Part shown: in pieces, positions 46,036 to 54,979 of the stretch
Layout of the letters: each line of letters opens with the position of its first letter
How positions within the stretch are numbered: position 1 is the first letter of the stretch
Source of the DNA: Trueperaceae bacterium
Lineage (GTDB): Bacteria > Deinococcota > Deinococci > Deinococcales > Trueperaceae
DNA length: 64,000 bases
Assembly: GCA_965213705.1 (NCBI GenBank)
Contig: OZ243913.1
Coordinates: 1,919,052-1,983,051, forward strand
Direction: 5' to 3'
The notes under the pieces: generated by a model
Told to the model about the DNA's origin: nothing
The model's database searches: none
What the model saw: only the letters and a program-made list of their open reading frames with translations
Program-made: the position numbers and the translations under genes

Positions 46036-47001
46036 ATGCCCTGGCTCGTAGACCGACCCCTACCCCTGGACGCCGCGCAAGACCTCGACCGCTTTGTAGG
46101 TGGGTTGGCCGAAACCCTCGACGACCCCGCTACCGACAACGATGAGGTCGTGCGCGAGCTGTTGGCTTCCCTGATGTACGGTTGCGGCTTTGCGGAACTC
46201 ACGAAGCGGCGACCGCTGGCGGCCTTTGCGCTTGAGCCGCGCAACGTCACCTTCGAGGCGGAACACTACGTCGTCACCGACCCGGTAAAGTTCGCGCGCG
46301 TCAAACCGCTGCTGTGGTTATGGAAGTGTTTGGACCTGACCCCTCTGGGTCAGTCGGTGGCGAGCGGTGTGGCGCTGCGGCGCGTGCTCGCCGAACGCGT
46401 CTTCGCTCGAGCGGGCAAAAACCTCAAAATTTTTCAAAACGTCGAGGTGTCGGTCGGCTACAACCTGGAAGTCGGCGACGACGTGACGATTCACCGGAAC
46501 GCGTTTATCGACGATATCGGCGGCGTCGTCCTGCACGACGGCGTAAGCTTGAGCGACTACGCCAACGTGTACAGCCACACCCACGACATCTTGAACGGTC
46601 CCGACGTGACCCTCAAGCAAACCGTCATCGGGCGCGGCGTACGCGTCGCTTACCACGCCACCGTGCTGGCGGGCACGGTGCTGAGCGACGACAGCATGTT
46701 GGGCGCGTTCGCGCTGGCGACCCGCGACTTCGAGCCGCACGTCGTCGGCTTAGGGCTGCCCGCCAAACCGCGCGTTTGGAAAGAGCGCGCGGGCGACCCC
46801 GCTTTCGACGCGCTCACCGTCGACGCACGCAACTATCCTAAAAAGCCGGACCTACGCGCCAACCCGGAGTACGCCGACAAAGCCGTGAGCCCGGCGGCGG
46901 ACGAGGCGAGCGCGCAGTCAACCGGCAAAGCAGGTGCGCAGTCAACCGGCAAAGCGCAGGATACAAAACGCGCAGGAGACTTGCAGCCGGAAGTGTCTTA
47001 A
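46036..47001 (+). CDS. left-handed beta-helix (hexapeptide-repeat) acyltransferase with an N-terminal extension
   Basis: 321 aa. Hexapeptide repeats (VGDDVTIHRNAFIDDIGGVVLHDGVSLSDYANVYSH..IGRGVRVAYHATVLAGTVL). Confidence 0.8.
   Translation: MPWLVDRPLPLDAAQDLDRFVGGLAETLDDPATDNDEVVRELLASLMYGCGFAELTKRRPLAAFALEPRNVTFEAEHYVVTDPVKFARVKPLLWLWKCLDLTPLGQSVASGVALRRVLAERVFARAGKNLKIFQNVEVSVGYNLEVGDDVTIHRNAFIDDIGGVVLHDGVSLSDYANVYSHTHDILNGPDVTLKQTVIGRGVRVAYHATVLAGTVLSDDSMLGAFALATRDFEPHVVGLGLPAKPRVWKERAGDPAFDALTVDARNYPKKPDLRANPEYADKAVSPAADEASAQSTGKAGAQSTGKAQDTKRAGDLQPEVS
46912..46955 (+). repeat. in-frame 24-nt tandem duplication in the acyltransferase tail
   Basis: GCGCAGTCAACCGGCAAAGC occurs at 46912-46931 and again at 46936-46955 (AQSTGKAG / AQSTGKAQ). 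Confidence 0.9.
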
Positions 47002-47049
47002 AGGCGGAATCTCAACTCGTGCGCAGACCTGGTTTGCTACACTGAGCCC

Positions 47050-47343
47050 ATGCGCGGCTTACTGTTACTGTTGACTTTGGTTTTGGCGGCCTGCTGCCCC
47101 GCGCCGCAAGCCGTAAGCGGTGCCGACGACTTGCAAGTCGTCGGCACCGAGACCGCGTTTGTCGCTTCGGTTTTAGAGCTGCGCCAAAACGACATGCTGG
47201 TCAGGACCGAAACCGCTCCCCAAACCATCCTCAATGTTCGTCCCGGTTCGGCGGCGGTCGGCGCGCGCGTTTATGTGCGCGGGCTGTTGACGCGGGGCGG
47301 CGTGACGCGCGCCGAGGTCAGCGTCTTGGCCGCTCACGACTGA
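47050..47343 (+). CDS. small lipoprotein, hypothetical
   Basis: MRGLLLLLTLVLAACC has a lipobox (LAAC). 97 aa. Confidence 0.6.
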   Translation: MRGLLLLLTLVLAACCPAPQAVSGADDLQVVGTETAFVASVLELRQNDMLVRTETAPQTILNVRPGSAAVGARVYVRGLLTRGGVTRAEVSVLAAHD

Positions 47344-48092
47344 GCTTCGGCAAGCGAGTTTCGACAGGTCGCAAAGACAGGCTGAAGCCGAACTGTGCCG
47401 AGCCCAAGTTGACAAGGTAAACCGACGACAGGTGCTTGTTCACACCCCTGAGTCTTCTTCGCAAAGGGTTGGGCAGCGTTGAGCGCCGCGCAAACCTCAC
47501 CGTGGGTAGGTGAGCGACTTGCAAGTTGCGGCCGGTTTTGCAAACCGTCAGGGTCGCGCGGGCCGCTTCGGGCCGCCGCTCCAACCGCAAATAAACATCT
47601 TCGTAAGCGGCGCACCCGTCATAAACAGCAGGCTTTCAAAGGGCTCGAGCCGAACTTGGCGTTCATCGGATCGGAGGAGCGGCAAGTTCAACGCTTTGTA
47701 GCGCGTTTTCCAGGCTTTCAAGAACCCCTTTCGTGTGCTCGAGCGCTTTCCCACACCTCCCACAGGTCACCTGCTACTGCAACGACCGGCCCGCAAGGTG
47801 CCACAACCGAACCTCCTTGGTTTACCCGTCCTCACTATAATTGCCGAGCCCTGAACGCCCCCTAACCGGTAGCGAGGCCGAAAAAACTTTAGAGCGCTGA
47901 CCGGCTGGACAACGGCACTTTTATAAACCTTCGAAACTTCGACGGTTCAGAGAGGCGGGCCTGAGACGAAATCAACCTGCTCAGTCGTTTCGACACCGAG
48001 TGGAAACGCCAACAACCAACCCCAGGAGGTTCCCTGGCTCGTTCACCCTGCGCCGGACCCGTTCCTGTCCCAAAGCTTGCTACACTTCTGCT
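47344..48092. other. long ORF-free, hairpin-dense spacer (candidate structured RNA, leader, or decayed gene)
   Basis: About 750 nt with no protein-like ORF in any frame. There are many local inverted repeats, for example CTCACC-GTGGGTA-GGTGAG (about 47496-47514), TTGCAA..TTGCAA (about 47519-47545) and GAACTTGGCG..GCGGCAAGTTC (about 47653-47690). Confidence 0.4.
47948..47997 (+). repeat. 50-nt dispersed intergenic element, copy 2
   Basis: CAGAGAGGCGGGCCTGAGACGAAATCAACCTGCTCAGTCGTTTCGACACC matches 29028-29077 at 38/50 positions. It lies about 95 nt upstream of the hemolysin-III-family gene. Confidence 0.5.
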
Positions 48093-48776
48093 GTGACGAC
48101 GCGTCCCGACTCGAAACGTCCTCTCTACCGCCACTTGCGCGAGCCGGTCAACAGTTTGACGCACCTGGTCGGCGTTTTGCTGAGCCTCGGCGGGCTCGTC
48201 GCGCTGCTCGCGTTGTCCAAGGGCGAATTCTGGCGCACCGTCAGTTTCGGTATCTACGGCGTGTCGCTGGTCACGCTCTATACCGCGAGCACGCTGCTTC
48301 ACAGCTTGAAGGTAGGGCCGGGGCTCGAGCGGCGGTTGCGCATCTTCGACCACGCGGCTATTTTCGGGCTCATCGCCGGAACGTACACGCCCATCACCCT
48401 GGTGACGTTGCGGCCGGACTACACCCTGTGGGCCTGGACGCTGTTCGGGGTAGCCTGGACCTTGGCACTCTCAGGCGTCGCCTTCAAAATAGTCTGGATA
48501 GGCGCGCCGCGCTGGCTCTCGACCGCGCTGTACCTGCTGATGGGCTGGCTCTCGGTCGTCGCCGCGGTGCCTATCGTGCGGGCGCTGCCGACGGGGGGTC
48601 TGGTGTGGTTGGCGGCGGGCGGGCTGTGCTACTCGGTCGGCGCGGTCGTGTACGGCCTCAAAAAGCCGGACTTCTACCCACGTGTTTTCGGTTACCACGA
48701 GCTGTGGCACCTGTTTGTGCTGGCGGGAAGTTTTTGTCACTTTATGATGATGCTCGGCTACGTCCTGCCCGCCTGA
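48093..48776 (+). CDS. hemolysin III / PAQR-family membrane protein
   Basis: EPVNSLTHLVGVLLSLGGL.., DHAAIFGLIAGTYTP and HELWHLFVLAGSFCHF motifs with 7 TM segments. The start is uncertain: GTG 48093 is chosen and the ORF is open from 48000. Confidence 0.8.
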   Translation: MTTRPDSKRPLYRHLREPVNSLTHLVGVLLSLGGLVALLALSKGEFWRTVSFGIYGVSLVTLYTASTLLHSLKVGPGLERRLRIFDHAAIFGLIAGTYTPITLVTLRPDYTLWAWTLFGVAWTLALSGVAFKIVWIGAPRWLSTALYLLMGWLSVVAAVPIVRALPTGGLVWLAAGGLCYSVGAVVYGLKKPDFYPRVFGYHELWHLFVLAGSFCHFMMMLGYVLPA

Positions 48777-48953
48777 ACACCCTAGTTGCGGCCCGAGCAC
48801 ACCTGCAACCCCGAGCCAGACGGGTGTTCCGAACGCTCGAGGCGTGTTGACATCACCGCCAACCGCGAGCGGGTTCGACGGCTCTGCCAAAACAGACTTT
48901 TAAGAGGCGTCGCCGCGCCGAAACCCTTTCAAACCTCGTGACATAATCATCTT

Positions 48954-49520
48954 GTGGACATCTTTTACCTCGCCCTCGGCGTGGGTTTGAGCGCGGCGAG
49001 CGGCTTTCGGGTGTTCGTGCCGCCGCTCGTTTTGAGCGTGCTGGCGCAAACGACCGGCCTCGAGCTGCCCGCCAACCTCGACTGGGCCGGCACGCCGCTG
49101 GCGACGACGGTGTTTGCCGCGGCGACGTTTTTAGAGGTGCTGGCTTACTACCTACCTTTCATCGACAACCTGCTCGACACTTTGGCCGTGCCCGCCGCCC
49201 TCATCGCCGGGACGCTGCTGACCTACGCCTTCGGCTTCAACTTGGACGAAAGCGCGCGCTGGGCGCTGGCTGTCATCGCCGGGGGCGGCGCGGCGGGCGG
49301 TGTTCAGGCGCTGACGACGGTGACGCGGCTCGTCTCGAGCACCACCACCGGCGGAATAGGCAACCCGGTCGTCTCGACAGTCGAAAACGTGGCGGCGACG
49401 GCGCTGTCCGCCCTGGCCGTCTTTTTCCCGCTCGTCGCCGTTTTGCTGGTCGTGGCCCTGCTTGTCGTCGCGGCGCGGCGGGTGGGGCGCTGGCGACGGC
49501 GGCGCGAGTTGCAAACCTAG
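48954..49520 (+). CDS. DUF4126-family membrane protein
   Basis: 188 aa. GLSAASGFRVFVPPLVLSVL.. pattern and multiple TM segments. Confidence 0.8.
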   Translation: MDIFYLALGVGLSAASGFRVFVPPLVLSVLAQTTGLELPANLDWAGTPLATTVFAAATFLEVLAYYLPFIDNLLDTLAVPAALIAGTLLTYAFGFNLDESARWALAVIAGGGAAGGVQALTTVTRLVSSTTTGGIGNPVVSTVENVAATALSALAVFFPLVAVLLVVALLVVAARRVGRWRRRRELQT

Positions 49521-50218
49521 GGTCGGCTCGTTTCCTCTTTGGGCGCGCGGTTCTCTTGGTACCAGTCGCACAAATCGGTTAGCGGGCACTTGTAGCAGCG
49601 CGGGTTGCTCCACACGCAAACCTGCTGGCCGTGCCGCAGCATGTCGATGTGCAGGGTGTAGAGAACAGTGGCGTCTTTCGGGAACAGCTCGAGTAACTCC
49701 CTGTGCGCCTTTTCCGCCGAGACCTTGGGACCGATGAGGCCCAAACGCCCGCTGACCCGGTGGACGTGGGTGTCGACCGGCAGAATCGGCTTGTGAAAAC
49801 AAAACAGCAGCACGAGCGAGGCCGTTTTCAAGCCCACGCCGGGCAAGGACATGAGCCACTCGAGGCCGTCTTCAGCCTCCAGGTCTTGTAAAAAGTCGAT
49901 GTTCGCCGCGCCGCGCTCACTGATGATTCGGGTCAGAGTTTTTTTGATGTTGGGCGCTTTGCTGCCCGGATAGCGCGACGACGAAATCGCCTCGGTCAGT
50001 TCGTCTACCGGCGCGTCGCGGACGCCTTCCCAGGTTTTGAAGCGCTCCAGCATCCGCGTGTAGGCGAGTTCCTCGTCTTTGTGCGTGGTGCGGTGCGAGA
50101 GCATCGTCGAAACAAGTTCATGCATGGGCTCGCGCCGCGGCGTCGTGTCGCGCGCGCCGTAGGTGGCGACGAGGCGGTCGTACACCTCATGAGCTTTTGG
50201 AGAGCTGTTTTCCCACAT
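49517..50218 (-). CDS. nth: endonuclease III-family DNA glycosylase (HhH-GPD with a 4Fe-4S cluster)
   Basis: HhH LPGVGLKTASLVL and the Cys cluster C-x6-C-x2-C-x5-C (CVWSNPRCYKCPLTDLC). Confidence 0.85.
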   Translation of the reverse strand: MWENSSPKAHEVYDRLVATYGARDTTPRREPMHELVSTMLSHRTTHKDEELAYTRMLERFKTWEGVRDAPVDELTEAISSSRYPGSKAPNIKKTLTRIISERGAANIDFLQDLEAEDGLEWLMSLPGVGLKTASLVLLFCFHKPILPVDTHVHRVSGRLGLIGPKVSAEKAHRELLELFPKDATVLYTLHIDMLRHGQQVCVWSNPRCYKCPLTDLCDWYQENRAPKEETSRP

Positions 50219-50349
50219 GGTTAAACGATAGGCAATCAGATGTGCCGAGAGGTGTAACAGGGACTAAGGTCGGACCGTCTCGGTGAGCTTCGGTAGGTGC
50301 GGGCTCGAGCAGCCTCCTTGCTCGGTACTTTTCACCCGGTCCTCGGCTT

Positions 50350-52293
50350 TTACTGGGGCCAGCCCGGAAAACGCCCGCCTGCCGGGACGAGCACGGCGCT
50401 GTAACGAATCTCGAGCGGGTAGTAGCGTGCCAAGTCCGCTTCGCTGAAGTCGGCGTAACCGAGGTCCACAGGGTTGCCGTTCGCGTCTTTGACGATGACC
50501 ATGAGGTTGCTCACGCCGCGGCTCCAATCGACCGCGCTGTACTGCGACAACGACGTTAATTCCTGCTTCGACTCGACCGCCCCGGTGTCAGAAAAGCTCA
50601 GGTCCGCCGCGTCACTGCACGCCGGTTTGACCGAAATGTCGTCGTTGGGTACAAGGCAAAATTGCAGGCGTACGGGTTCGTTTCCCGGTTTTTTCAGCAC
50701 CTCGGCGCGCTGGTAGAGCGTGCCGCCCGCGTAGTTTACAGGCGCTTCTAAATTTTGCGACAAGTTGCTGGCGCTTTTAAAAAAACTCACCGCGCCGCTC
50801 TCCGCCGTACCTCCGGCCCCGAAGGTGCGGGTCACGTCGAGCAAAACGAGGGCGGGGCCGCTGTTGGCAGCGGGTGCGGGCGGTGCAGGCGGTGTGGGTG
50901 GTGCTGCAGCCTCAGTCGGTGGCGCGGGTGCAGGCGTCGGCGCGGCTGCCGGAGGCGCGGCAGGTTGCGCCACCACAGGTGGGGCCGTTTCGGCGGGGGT
51001 AGGCGGTTGGGCGGCCGGACTGGGAACGGGCGCGGGCGGCGTCACCGCTTCAGGCGCTGCGGGGGTCGTCTCTGTGGACGCTGGTTCGGTAGCGGCCTCG
51101 GTCGGTGCCTCCGCGGGCGTTTCGGTCGTCGCTACCGGGGGCAACTCTACGGTCTGACCGGCAAGACGCCCCGACTCCTGATAAAAATAGCGGTAGGCGT
51201 CGACCGCGGGTTGGAGCGTGTAAGCCCGCCGGTAGGCCGCCGTCGCCTCTTCGTAACCGCCACTCTCGAACCTCACCCGGCCGAGCCACGCCCACGCCTC
51301 GGCGTAGTCGGGGTTGGCCCGCGTTGCGCTTACAAACTTGTCGCCGGCCTGCGCCCTGTCGCCCGACGTATAAAGGTTGACGCCCTCTTCGAACGCGGTA
51401 TAAGCGTCGACGCCCCATTTCGCCTGACTTTGGGCGACTTTTAAAAAGTAGGCCGCGGTGTCGTCGCTGGGGTCCAGGGCGGCGGCGCGCGCCCAATAGA
51501 CGGCGGCGTCTTCGGGTTGGCGCAGCTCCAAGCCCGTCCGTCCCGCCCACACGAACGCTTTACGGTAGTCGGGGTTGGCGCGGGTCGCCTCGGCAAAGGC
51601 GAGCCAGGCTCGGTCGGGCTGACCGCTGTAGTAAAGCGACAAGCCGCGGTAGTAGGCGTCGCTGGCCCGTTGTCCGTAGGTTTGTGCGTCCTGGATAGCC
51701 TCGACGTTGCGCCGGTAATTCGGGTTGTCCGGGTGCCGAGCGGCGAGGTCTTGGAACAGGGCGAGGGCCGTCGCCTCTTCCCCGACGGCTTGGTAGCTCA
51801 GGGCGAGCTGAACTTTTGTGTCCTCTTGGGCGGGGTCTAAGTCGACGACGGTTTGGTAGTAGCCGATGGCGTCGCGGTACTGCCGCGCGGAATACTTGGT
51901 GTAACCGAGCTGGTTGCCGAGGTCGACGAGACTTTGGGCGGCCGCCTCGTCGATTCTGCCGCCGTAGGTTTCGTAAGCGAGCCAGGCTTGCCAGGCTTGC
52001 TCGAGCAAGTTGACCTGGGCGTATGTTTCGGCAAGGAACCTGTAAGGCTCCGGGCTCGTCGGCGAGGCGGTGCGCGCCTCGACGCCGTAGGCCACAGCTT
52101 GTTTCCACAAGGGTTTGTCGATGAAGTTCGCGCTGTAGTTCGCTCTAGCCTCGGCCGCTGCGGCGCGCCCCTGTTGCAGCGCGCCCTGTGCGGCAGGCGT
52201 CATCGGGGCTTGGGCGAAAGCGCTGCCCCAAGCGAGCAGCAGTGTAAAGACGGCAGAGCGTAAACAGGTGGGCATTGTAAGGTTCTCGTTCAT
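50350..52293 (-). CDS. secreted TPR-repeat protein with a Pro/Ala-rich linker and a beta-rich C-terminal domain
   Basis: 647 aa. A signal peptide, then about 8 TPR-like repeats (AWAWLGRVRFESGGYEEATAAYRRAY and others), then about 100 aa of PA/PT-rich linker. Confidence 0.85.
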   Translation of the reverse strand: MNENLTMPTCLRSAVFTLLLAWGSAFAQAPMTPAAQGALQQGRAAAAEARANYSANFIDKPLWKQAVAYGVEARTASPTSPEPYRFLAETYAQVNLLEQAWQAWLAYETYGGRIDEAAAQSLVDLGNQLGYTKYSARQYRDAIGYYQTVVDLDPAQEDTKVQLALSYQAVGEEATALALFQDLAARHPDNPNYRRNVEAIQDAQTYGQRASDAYYRGLSLYYSGQPDRAWLAFAEATRANPDYRKAFVWAGRTGLELRQPEDAAVYWARAAALDPSDDTAAYFLKVAQSQAKWGVDAYTAFEEGVNLYTSGDRAQAGDKFVSATRANPDYAEAWAWLGRVRFESGGYEEATAAYRRAYTLQPAVDAYRYFYQESGRLAGQTVELPPVATTETPAEAPTEAATEPASTETTPAAPEAVTPPAPVPSPAAQPPTPAETAPPVVAQPAAPPAAAPTPAPAPPTEAAAPPTPPAPPAPAANSGPALVLLDVTRTFGAGGTAESGAVSFFKSASNLSQNLEAPVNYAGGTLYQRAEVLKKPGNEPVRLQFCLVPNDDISVKPACSDAADLSFSDTGAVESKQELTSLSQYSAVDWSRGVSNLMVIVKDANGNPVDLGYADFSEADLARYYPLEIRYSAVLVPAGGRFPGWPQ

Positions 52294-52523
52294 AAATCCT
52301 CAGTCAAGTAAATCTTCAGTCAAGGATAGACTGTCCCCGCGCCTGGAGAGTTGCGCGGAAGTTACCGACTTAGAACCTAACACCCCCGCCGGTGAGAAAC
52401 CGTGCGTCTTGCTGATGAAGATGAAGCCTCCGAAGCCGTTCCGTGGCCTGTCGGCTCGCCGGTCGTAGCGACTTTCGCTAAGAGGCTGTAGAGCCCGTCC
52501 TCGTTTGGAGCCGAGACGTGACC

Positions 52524-53885
52524 TCAGTCACCGAGTACCGCCTGCTTCTCAGTAAACGCCACCCGCACCGCCTCGGCCAACACACCCATACCCTCGTCGA
52601 CCTGCTCGTCCGTCAAGTCCAGCGGCGGCAATAGTCGGATACAGTTGCTGTAGAGCCCCGCGCGCAAGACGAGAAGGCCGCGTTTAAGGGCTTCGCTGGT
52701 GACGTTGACAACCTCTTGGGCGACAACGGGTTTTTTAGAACCTTGGTCTTGCACGAACTCCACCGCAAGCATCGGGCCTAAACCGCGCACGTCGCCCACA
52801 TAGTCGTTCTCAGCTTGAAGTGCCAGCAAGTGCCCGCGCAGCCGCTCACCGACTTCATTAGCCCTCTTCAAAAAAGTAGGTGTACTGATAATCTTGACGG
52901 CCTCTATAGCCGCGACGCAGGCTAAGGGGTTGCCGCTGTAGGTGCCGCCCAAACCGCCGGGATGCGGCGCGTCCATCATTTCGGCTTTACCCACGACCGC
53001 CGAAATGGGCATCCCCGCGCCGAGCGACTTCGCCGTCGTGAGCAAGTCGGGTGTCACATCATAGTGCTCCACCGCGAACAGCTTGCCGGTGCGCCCCATA
53101 CCGCACTGGATTTCGTCGGCAATCATCACCATGCCGTGCTCGCTGCAGAGTTCGCGGATGCGTTTTAAGAAACGCGGCGGCGTCGGTACGAAGCCGCCCT
53201 CGCCCTGGACGGGTTCGATAACCACGGCGGCCACCGCGCTCGGGTCCACCTGAGCGACGAGGGCGTGCTCGAGGCCCTGAATCGCAAAGTCCACGAACTG
53301 CTCCTCCGTCATACTGTCCGGTTTGCGGTAGAGGTTTGGGAAGGGCAGCCGGTACACCTCGGGCGCGAAGGGGGCAAAGCCCTTTTTGAACAGCGCGTAC
53401 TTGCTCGTCATCGTCAGGGTCAAATTGGTGCGCCCGTGGTACGCGCCCTCGAACACGATGACCGCGGGCCGACCCGTGTACGACCGCGCGATGTTCACCG
53501 CCGTCTCGACCGCCTCGGCCCCGCTGTTCATAAAGGTCGCCTTGGCCGGGCCGTCGATGGGCGCGACTTTACACAAGAGTTCTGCGAGTTCGACCATGCT
53601 TTCCGAGGTCGCCACGATGGCGCAGGGGTGGATGACTTTGTCGGCTTGCGTTTTTATCGCGTCCACGACCGTGTGAGGCGTGTGGCCCACCGCCATCATG
53701 CCGATGCCGCCCGCGAAGTCGAGGAGGGTGTTGCCGTCCACGTCAACTACTGCCGCGCCGTGCGCCCGCTCGACGGCGATGGACGTGAGCTTCGCCGCCC
53801 CACGCGGGGTCACGGCCTCGCGCCGCGCGACGATTGAACGGCTTTTCGGCCCCGGAACTTCTGTAATTAGCTCAATAGTTGCCAT
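52524..53885 (-). CDS. gabT: class-III aminotransferase, 4-aminobutyrate aminotransferase-like
   Basis: 453 aa. EVPGPKS.., AGGIGMMAVGH, DEIQCGMGRTGK, and the PLP Lys in TTAKSLGAG. Confidence 0.85.
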   Translation of the reverse strand: MATIELITEVPGPKSRSIVARREAVTPRGAAKLTSIAVERAHGAAVVDVDGNTLLDFAGGIGMMAVGHTPHTVVDAIKTQADKVIHPCAIVATSESMVELAELLCKVAPIDGPAKATFMNSGAEAVETAVNIARSYTGRPAVIVFEGAYHGRTNLTLTMTSKYALFKKGFAPFAPEVYRLPFPNLYRKPDSMTEEQFVDFAIQGLEHALVAQVDPSAVAAVVIEPVQGEGGFVPTPPRFLKRIRELCSEHGMVMIADEIQCGMGRTGKLFAVEHYDVTPDLLTTAKSLGAGMPISAVVGKAEMMDAPHPGGLGGTYSGNPLACVAAIEAVKIISTPTFLKRANEVGERLRGHLLALQAENDYVGDVRGLGPMLAVEFVQDQGSKKPVVAQEVVNVTSEALKRGLLVLRAGLYSNCIRLLPPLDLTDEQVDEGMGVLAEAVRVAFTEKQAVLGD

Positions 53886-53902
53886 AATTCTCCCAAAATT
53901 AC

Positions 53903-54610
53903 TCAGGGTGCTACCGACGAGGAAACAATTTTAGCTTCAATAATATGTTGGGAATGCAAAGCCTCGAGTTTCCTTTGTAATTCTACTGAACTAGGTTTGT
54001 AATGCACTGCTTGCACTAAACTATTCATACCATCTATAGGCAAATCGTAGAAGTTGTTTTTACGAAACATGGGATTAAGAAATAAAAGTAATCTAAACTC
54101 GCTTTCATACTGAAAATATGGGTTACGAATTAAAAAAAATATATCCAAATTCCCATTTACCTCTTCAACCAAATCGCTAACATCTGCAATGTCTTCATCT
54201 GGATAAGTGGTTCTGCCACACATCCCGTCAGTGGCTATTGGAGCTTTATTGACACTATTCTTAAAAACATCATGAAGTCTCTGTACTGTCGTCCGAAGAG
54301 CAATTCCATGTGAGCCAATTGCAAATGTTGCCCACATATCCCCTTGCTCCTCAGAATTCAGGTGCCAACTACTGAAAAACACTCTACCCTCATTTATACG
54401 GGTATTCTCTACTAATGCTTTTTCTATAAAGCGAGGAGAGAAAGTGGCCTCGCCAGACCCATCGTTATTTTTCTTAAAATATTTAACGTTTGAAAAACGT
54501 AGACTTTCGTATTTCACCATGTTTTCATATACATCAAAATCAGTGTAGTGCCAAACAATCTGTTCAGGTTTGGGTTGGGGTATCCATTTAGGCGTTGAAA
54601 AGTTTCCCAT
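53903..54610 (-). CDS. DUF2971-like protein, low-GC foreign gene
   Basis: About 235 aa. VWHYTDFDVYENMVKYESLRFSNVKYF fits the DUF2971 N-terminal pattern. GC is about 35% by eye, against about 63% in the flanks. The ATG at 54610 lies 2 nt after the cupin stop, and the gene's stop lies 17 nt before the gabT start. Confidence 0.8.
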   Translation of the reverse strand: MGNFSTPKWIPQPKPEQIVWHYTDFDVYENMVKYESLRFSNVKYFKKNNDGSGEATFSPRFIEKALVENTRINEGRVFFSSWHLNSEEQGDMWATFAIGSHGIALRTTVQRLHDVFKNSVNKAPIATDGMCGRTTYPDEDIADVSDLVEEVNGNLDIFFLIRNPYFQYESEFRLLLFLNPMFRKNNFYDLPIDGMNSLVQAVHYKPSSVELQRKLEALHSQHIIEAKIVSSSVAP

Positions 54611-54612
54611 GT

Positions 54613-54975
54613 TCAAATCCTTTCGACTTCTGTGACGGTGCGTTCGTTTGAAACGTTGCCCGTGTTGAGCGTCGTACTCGGCTCGACGAGCATCACTTCG
54701 ACCTCGTGTTCGGCGTAGGGTTGGTGTTCGGTGCCTGCGGGAACGATGACGAATTCGCCCGCGTTTATTGTCACTTCGCCGTCGCGCAAGCGCATCGTGA
54801 AACTTCCCTTGACGACGTAGAAAAGTTCGTCCTCGAGTTCATGCCGGTGCCAGACAAATTCACCTTTGAACTTGACAAGTTTAACCGCCGTGCCGTTCAC
54901 CTCACCGACGAGTTTCGGGCTCCAATGCTCGGTGAAGGTGGCGAGTTTGGCGGCTACACTGACTTTCTCTATCAC
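54613..54975 (-). CDS. cupin-domain protein
   Basis: 120 aa. The cupin motifs are WHRHELEDELFYVVKG and GEFVIVPAGTEHQP. Confidence 0.85.
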   Translation of the reverse strand: MIEKVSVAAKLATFTEHWSPKLVGEVNGTAVKLVKFKGEFVWHRHELEDELFYVVKGSFTMRLRDGEVTINAGEFVIVPAGTEHQPYAEHEVEVMLVEPSTTLNTGNVSNERTVTEVERI

Positions 54976-54979
54976 GTCA

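Noticed and set aside
47344-48092. RNase P RNA or tmRNA in the long spacer
   Set aside because: ACAGTTCGGCTT on the minus strand (about 47385) faintly recalls the RNase P P4 3' strand, and TTTCGACAGG recalls a tmRNA 5' region. However, the universal GGAAAGTCCGGGC and GGTAAGGGTGAAA blocks, a T-arm with CCA, and a tag ORF are all absent on both strands.
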